This document shows positions 60,190-64,000 of a DNA stretch of 64,000 bases, piece after piece. Position 1 is the first letter of the stretch. The number at the start of each line of letters is the position of its first letter. Position numbers and translations under genes: made by a program. Under the pieces are notes generated by a model. It was given only the letters and a program-made list of their open reading frames with translations. It did no database searches and was not told the DNA's origin. This DNA comes from a virus (lineage: Duplodnaviria > Heunggongvirae > Uroviricota > Caudoviricetes), in the IMG/VR virus record IMGVR_UViG_3300042922_001018. One strand, given 5' to 3'.

Positions 60190-60906
60190 TCAGGAAGCCC
60201 AACGGGTTCCGCCTGTGTACCCGTGCTTGTTCTTCTCGGCACCCCACACGTAGTCCGCGTAGCGCTCCTCGCCTACCAGAACCGTGAGGACCGTCTTAGA
60301 CTCGTGTGCGAACGCGAGTGCGGCTTCCGCTTCGGCGTACGGGTGGGGACCAGGCTCCGGCGAGTAGCCGTACTCGCGTGCGAAGTCTTCCACGTCGTCC
60401 ATCGAGAACTCTTCGGCGACCTGAGCGGTCTCGGCGAGCGCGCCCATGGAGTCGCCGACAGAAGGCGTCTCAGTGACTCCGAGGCCGGTGCCGTAGTCGA
60501 TTTCCGCCTGGCGGAGGAAAGGACCGTCCTTCACAGAGAGGCGGCACTTGTAGTCGTAGGACGGAGTGCCGTCATCGAACAGCGTCGCGCCTTCGACACG
60601 TTCAGCGACACCGCGAATCTTGTCCTGCTGGGAGAGGAAGTTCGCACGCTCGAACACGTCATCGAACCCGGTCTCGTCCGCGTTGCTGGAAACACGGACG
60701 GTTCCGTTCGGAAACCTGGATGCGCGCAGTGCCGTCTTGCCGGGGCGCATCGGCCGCTTCTCGCCAATCTCCATGACAGGCTTCTGAGCCTCGCGAGAGT
60801 GCAGCGCATCGCTGAGCGATACCTCGGGCGCAGTGCCGTTCTTTTCGGAGAACCGTCCGCCCTGGTCGCGTACTACCTTCGCTTCTTCGAATGCAAGATT
60901 GGTCAT
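60190..60906 (-). CDS. Tagged protein (FEEAKVVRDQGGRFSEKNGTAPEVSL)
   Basis: ATG 60906 lies 7 nt after CCGCCTACA. Confidence 0.88.
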   Translation of the reverse strand: MTNLAFEEAKVVRDQGGRFSEKNGTAPEVSLSDALHSREAQKPVMEIGEKRPMRPGKTALRASRFPNGTVRVSSNADETGFDDVFERANFLSQQDKIRGVAERVEGATLFDDGTPSYDYKCRLSVKDGPFLRQAEIDYGTGLGVTETPSVGDSMGALAETAQVAEEFSMDDVEDFAREYGYSPEPGPHPYAEAEAALAFAHESKTVLTVLVGEERYADYVWGAEKNKHGYTGGTRWAS

Positions 60907-60913
60907 GTGTGCC

Positions 60914-60922
60914 TGTAGGCGG
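60914..60922 (-). promoter_or_regulatory. CCGCCTACA-N7-ATG motif
   Basis: 7 nt upstream of ATG 60906. Confidence 0.8.
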
Positions 60923-60940
60923 GTCATGCCGTTGCGGGCA

Positions 60941-61189
60941 TTAGTCGTATGACCGGCGACAGCATGTTAGCGTCCCGTCGCATTGCACGAGTTCGATGGG
61001 ATTCGTGAGCGGCCACATTTCGAGACTCTCCTCGGCTGAGGATTTCTTGGGCGCTCGACCGTCTCGCAGCATCTCTGTGGTGATGTAGTTCAACTCTTCG
61101 GGGACAGGACTTTCCGTGAGGTGACTCGCAGAATGCGCAAGCAACGTCTGAGGTTGTACCCAGGTGGGGCGTCTAGAACTACCAGACAC
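60941..61189 (-). CDS. Small hypothetical protein
   Basis: 82-aa ORF; weak support. Confidence 0.35.
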   Translation of the reverse strand: MSGSSRRPTWVQPQTLLAHSASHLTESPVPEELNYITTEMLRDGRAPKKSSAEESLEMWPLTNPIELVQCDGTLTCCRRSYD

Positions 61190-61221
61190 CGTTCAGTCTA
61201 CGTCTTCCTCTTCGCGGAGCA

Positions 61222-61935
61222 TTACTCGCGTCCTTCCCCGAGGGTTGCGGTGCGTTCGTTGAGGATGGCGCGGCGTGCAGCGTGAGCGGCGACCTGCTGG
61301 GTGAACGCACGAAGCTGCGGAGAACGCGCTTCGGTCATTCCGTTCTCGTTGAACGTCTTGTCGAGGCTGGTGAGGACGGACTCGACGTTCTGCGAGAGCG
61401 CTGCGGCGTCTGCCTGAGAGAGTTCGACCTCCTCGCCGTCTACCCACCACTCGTCGTTCAGCGGGTCGGAGGAGTCGGCGATGGCCGGACCACCGAAGCG
61501 GGTGAGCTTGCCGTTGCGGTAGTACAGCCCGCTGCCGTCACGGGTGTCGATGATGCGCACGGCGGGACCGTTGCGACGGTTCAGCAGCCCCTTCTTGTAG
61601 AAGCGCTGCTCGCGTGTCGGCTTGCCGTCTTCGGTCGTGGCGTCGTCTTCGTCCATAGCGTCGTAGTCGCCTTCCGCTGCAAGCTCCTCGGGGGTCTTCT
61701 TGTCGTGGCTTTCGCCCCACGCCTGGACGGCTTCAGGACTCGGCTTCGGACCGCTGGTGGCGCCGCAGTTCGGGCACTGGCCGATGAAGACTTCGCCGCG
61801 TTCCTGCTCCAGTTCTTCGAGAGGCTGGTTCTCGTCGAAACCGAGTTCGGGAACCTCGCCTTCCTTGTCGGAGAACTTTCCAACGCCATCACGGCGGACC
61901 TTGGACTCGTCGAACTGGTTCTGTGAGAAGCTCAT
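61222..61935 (-). CDS. Tagged protein (FDESKVRRDGVGKFSDKEGEVPELGF) with CxxC and G.L.R..GPA repeats
   Basis: Tag; KGLLNRRNGPAV and NGKLTRFGGPAI repeats; TAGAAT-N7-ATG. Confidence 0.88.
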   Translation of the reverse strand: MSFSQNQFDESKVRRDGVGKFSDKEGEVPELGFDENQPLEELEQERGEVFIGQCPNCGATSGPKPSPEAVQAWGESHDKKTPEELAAEGDYDAMDEDDATTEDGKPTREQRFYKKGLLNRRNGPAVRIIDTRDGSGLYYRNGKLTRFGGPAIADSSDPLNDEWWVDGEEVELSQADAAALSQNVESVLTSLDKTFNENGMTEARSPQLRAFTQQVAAHAARRAILNERTATLGEGRE

Positions 61936-61977
61936 GATTGTGATTCTACCGTTCCTGTTTGGGCGTGGTGAGCGTGG

Positions 61978-62775
61978 TTACTTGTCGAGTTCGGCAGAGC
62001 GTTCCATCGCCTGCTCGAAGAGGATTCTGCGCTGAAACGGGTCCAGCGGGGTCTCATCGGTGAGAGCAGCGAACTGCTCCGTGATTTCGCTCCGGTTTCC
62101 GCTCTCGCGGAAGGCGTTGCTGTCAGGAAGGCGACTGTATTCTGCGCGCTCACCTTCAGCCCGTAGTTCACGGCTGCGGCGCGCTGCCATGATGGTCGCA
62201 GCCTTCAGGTAGAGCGCTCGCTGGTCAGGTTCGAGCGGCCCTGTCGCCTGCTCACGGATGAGGTTCTTGTACGTCACGTCAACGTCGCGTAGCTCCGACA
62301 CGCGTGCGAAACGTTCGCCGGTCTCGTCCATGTAGTCCGCGGCGCCGTAAGTCCCGTACATCATCCGCGTCTCGAAGTTCGCCGCCTCACGTCGGCGGCG
62401 CTCGGCGTAGTTCAGGTGCGGAAGCCCCAGCGCATCATCGGCGCCTTCGACAGCCATCTGGACAACCTGCGACTCAGGGTCCATGGGCTTGTGGTTCAAG
62501 AAGACGCGGGTGGGGCGTCCTTCACCGTCGATGTCTGCGCTGTACTTCACGGTGCCGTCGTCCTCGATGAACTCTACGAAGCTGTCTCGTCCGGCAGCGA
62601 CCGGCTCGTGGACCGTGTAGTTCGCAACGCCCCACGCCTGGGCGATACCGGCCGCAGCAATGTGTGCGGGCGTCTGTACTTCTGCGGTGTCGAGTGCGAC
62701 CTCCGGCTGCGCGCCGGTCTTCTCGGAGAACTTGCCGGAGGTGTCACGGCGCACCTGTGCTTCGTCGAATGACAT
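61978..62775 (-). CDS. Tagged protein (MSFDEAQVRRDTSGKFSEKTGAQPEVAL)
   Basis: Tag; starts 8 nt downstream of another tagged gene. Confidence 0.88.
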   Translation of the reverse strand: MSFDEAQVRRDTSGKFSEKTGAQPEVALDTAEVQTPAHIAAAGIAQAWGVANYTVHEPVAAGRDSFVEFIEDDGTVKYSADIDGEGRPTRVFLNHKPMDPESQVVQMAVEGADDALGLPHLNYAERRRREAANFETRMMYGTYGAADYMDETGERFARVSELRDVDVTYKNLIREQATGPLEPDQRALYLKAATIMAARRSRELRAEGERAEYSRLPDSNAFRESGNRSEITEQFAALTDETPLDPFQRRILFEQAMERSAELDK

Positions 62776-62783
62776 GGCGCGCC

Positions 62784-63299
62784 TCAGTCCTGGGTCTCGA
62801 ACGGGCGGTACGCGACTGCCCAGCCCTCTTCGTAGGTCTGACCCGTTTCCGGCTCGTCCTCGTCCGGGTATGAGGCGTAGACGGCTACGTAGTAGCCGGG
62901 GCGTTCCAGGATGTCTCCGGCCATGCGTCCGCCGAGCTGCTCGGAATCATGCATCCAGGGGCCGTCGTAGCCGTGCTGCCCGGTGTACCCGGAGAGCAGC
63001 TCCCACCCTTCGATGCTGCGGTGGTACGGGTCTACGTTGAAGCAGTCTGGGGCGTGCTTGTGCTGTACGCCGTCGTACACGTCGCCGTTGTCGCCGACTG
63101 CGATGACGTGGTCGAACTCCATCAGGTTGGACAGGTTGCCGTCTTCACGAAGGTCTGGACCGTCGTACTTCTTCCAGTCTGAGGAAACTGCGGGAAGCTC
63201 GACAGGAGTATCACCCAGGTTGACCTCTGGGGGCCAGCCGTTCTTCTCAGCGAACTTTCCGCCGTTGTCGCGTGCTACTGCCGTCTCGTCGAATGCCAT
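62784..63299 (-). CDS. Tagged acidic protein (MAFDETAVARDNGGKFAEKNGWPPEVNL)
   Basis: ATG 63299 lies 7 nt after CCGCCTACA. Confidence 0.88.
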   Translation of the reverse strand: MAFDETAVARDNGGKFAEKNGWPPEVNLGDTPVELPAVSSDWKKYDGPDLREDGNLSNLMEFDHVIAVGDNGDVYDGVQHKHAPDCFNVDPYHRSIEGWELLSGYTGQHGYDGPWMHDSEQLGGRMAGDILERPGYYVAVYASYPDEDEPETGQTYEEGWAVAYRPFETQD

Positions 63300-63738
63300 G
63301 CTCATCTGTAGGCGGCTCCTGCTCCTTCTTCGCAGCTACTTCTGCCCGCATCCATCGCGGGACCAACCGCAGCGGCGGAAGCTTCTCAGAGACAAGCCAG
63401 ATGGCGAAAGCGAGCGGGATGAGCGCGAGTAGGAGAGCGCCGAGTACGTAGAAGAGATGGGTGTTGCCTGTCATCTCGTCCGGACCTTCCGGCCAGAGCG
63501 CTTTGTGCAGCGCGCTCGCGAGGATGAGGATGTAGAACGGTGTGATGAGGTAGATGGTCCCCAGTGGGATACCGGGGAGGCGCAGCAGTCGCTTTGGCCG
63601 AAGGACACCGAACCAGATGAGTCCAGCGAGGATTTGCAGCGCAACAACGCCCCATGTGAGCCACGGTGGCATGGCGGAGATGACTTCAGCGAGCGCTTCG
63701 AGGAAGCGCTGAGCGCGCTCGGTACGTTCCACGCTCAA
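63247..63738 (-). CDS. Three-TM membrane protein
   Basis: Hydrophobic helices; 3' end overlaps the next gene. Confidence 0.7.
   Translation of the reverse strand: MSVERTERAQRFLEALAEVISAMPPWLTWGVVALQILAGLIWFGVLRPKRLLRLPGIPLGTIYLITPFYILILASALHKALWPEGPDEMTGNTHLFYVLGALLLALIPLAFAIWLVSEKLPPLRLVPRWMRAEVAAKKEQEPPTDEHGIRRDGSSTRQRRKVR
63307..63315 (-). promoter_or_regulatory. CCGCCTACA-N7-ATG motif (inside the upstream CDS)
   Basis: 7 nt upstream of ATG 63299. Confidence 0.75.
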
Positions 63739-64000
63739 TCCTCTTCGTCGGTGACCACCCAGACATCACGGAGATAGTCGTCCTGTTCCCCGTTGCGCTC
63801 GTAGACACCTTCCATCGCTTCAGGTACCTTCAACGCGCGGCAGTGGGCATCGAAGACGGTCACTTCGTCGATGGTGGGCGGCAGCACAGAAGTGGTGCCT
63901 TCCGCATCCGTGCGCTCGACTCCGTAGAGGTCTGCGGAGTACCCGTCGGAGCCGTTGCCTGCGACGACATGCAGTCGGGAGATGCTGGAGTCGAGTGTGC
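63735..64000 (-). CDS. 3' end of a hypothetical protein (truncated by the window edge)
   Basis: Open frame ...DYLRDVWVVTDEED* overlapping the next start. Confidence 0.6.
   Translation of the reverse strand, partial: TLDSSISRLHVVAGNGSDGYSADLYGVERTDAEGTTSVLPPTIDEVTVFDAHCRALKVPEAMEGVYERNGEQDDYLRDVWVVTDEED

Overview
High-GC window from a large extrachromosomal element of an actinobacterial host, probably Microbacteriaceae. It could be a jumbo phage, megaplasmid or phage-plasmid; no capsid, terminase, integrase or rRNA gene is visible. Bases 1-4,900 hold a minus-strand array of 15 canonical tRNAs, interleaved with at least 5 aberrant tRNA-like RNAs (three circularly permuted and YrlA-like, one with a ~170-nt variable-arm insert, one with a 9-nt anticodon loop) and hairpin-rich spacers. 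The rest is densely coding, mostly on the minus strand: nrdI/nrdE/nrdF, RtcB, a CCA-adding enzyme, a SNF2 helicase, a RecB-family nuclease, an ArdC-like protein, a SprT protease, a (p)ppGpp-hydrolase-like HD protein, a HIT protein, a 5'-nucleotidase, and a possible VirB2/B3/B6-like membrane operon. A non-coding origin-like region with DnaA boxes lies at 42.1-42.7 kb. The main discovery candidate is a set of 17 mostly unrelated proteins that share one ~28-aa peptide tag (F.E...R...G[KR]F[AS]EK.G..PE[VIL].L). Thirteen of them sit behind one DNA motif (C[CT]GCCTACA, one copy degenerate) 7-8 nt upstream of the start codon with no Shine-Dalgarno site. This suggests a co-regulated cargo-addressing system for capsid loading or secretion. 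A second family of 10 proteins shares a C-terminal G[VIML][PAS].EY repeat. All calls were made by eye, without database searches.
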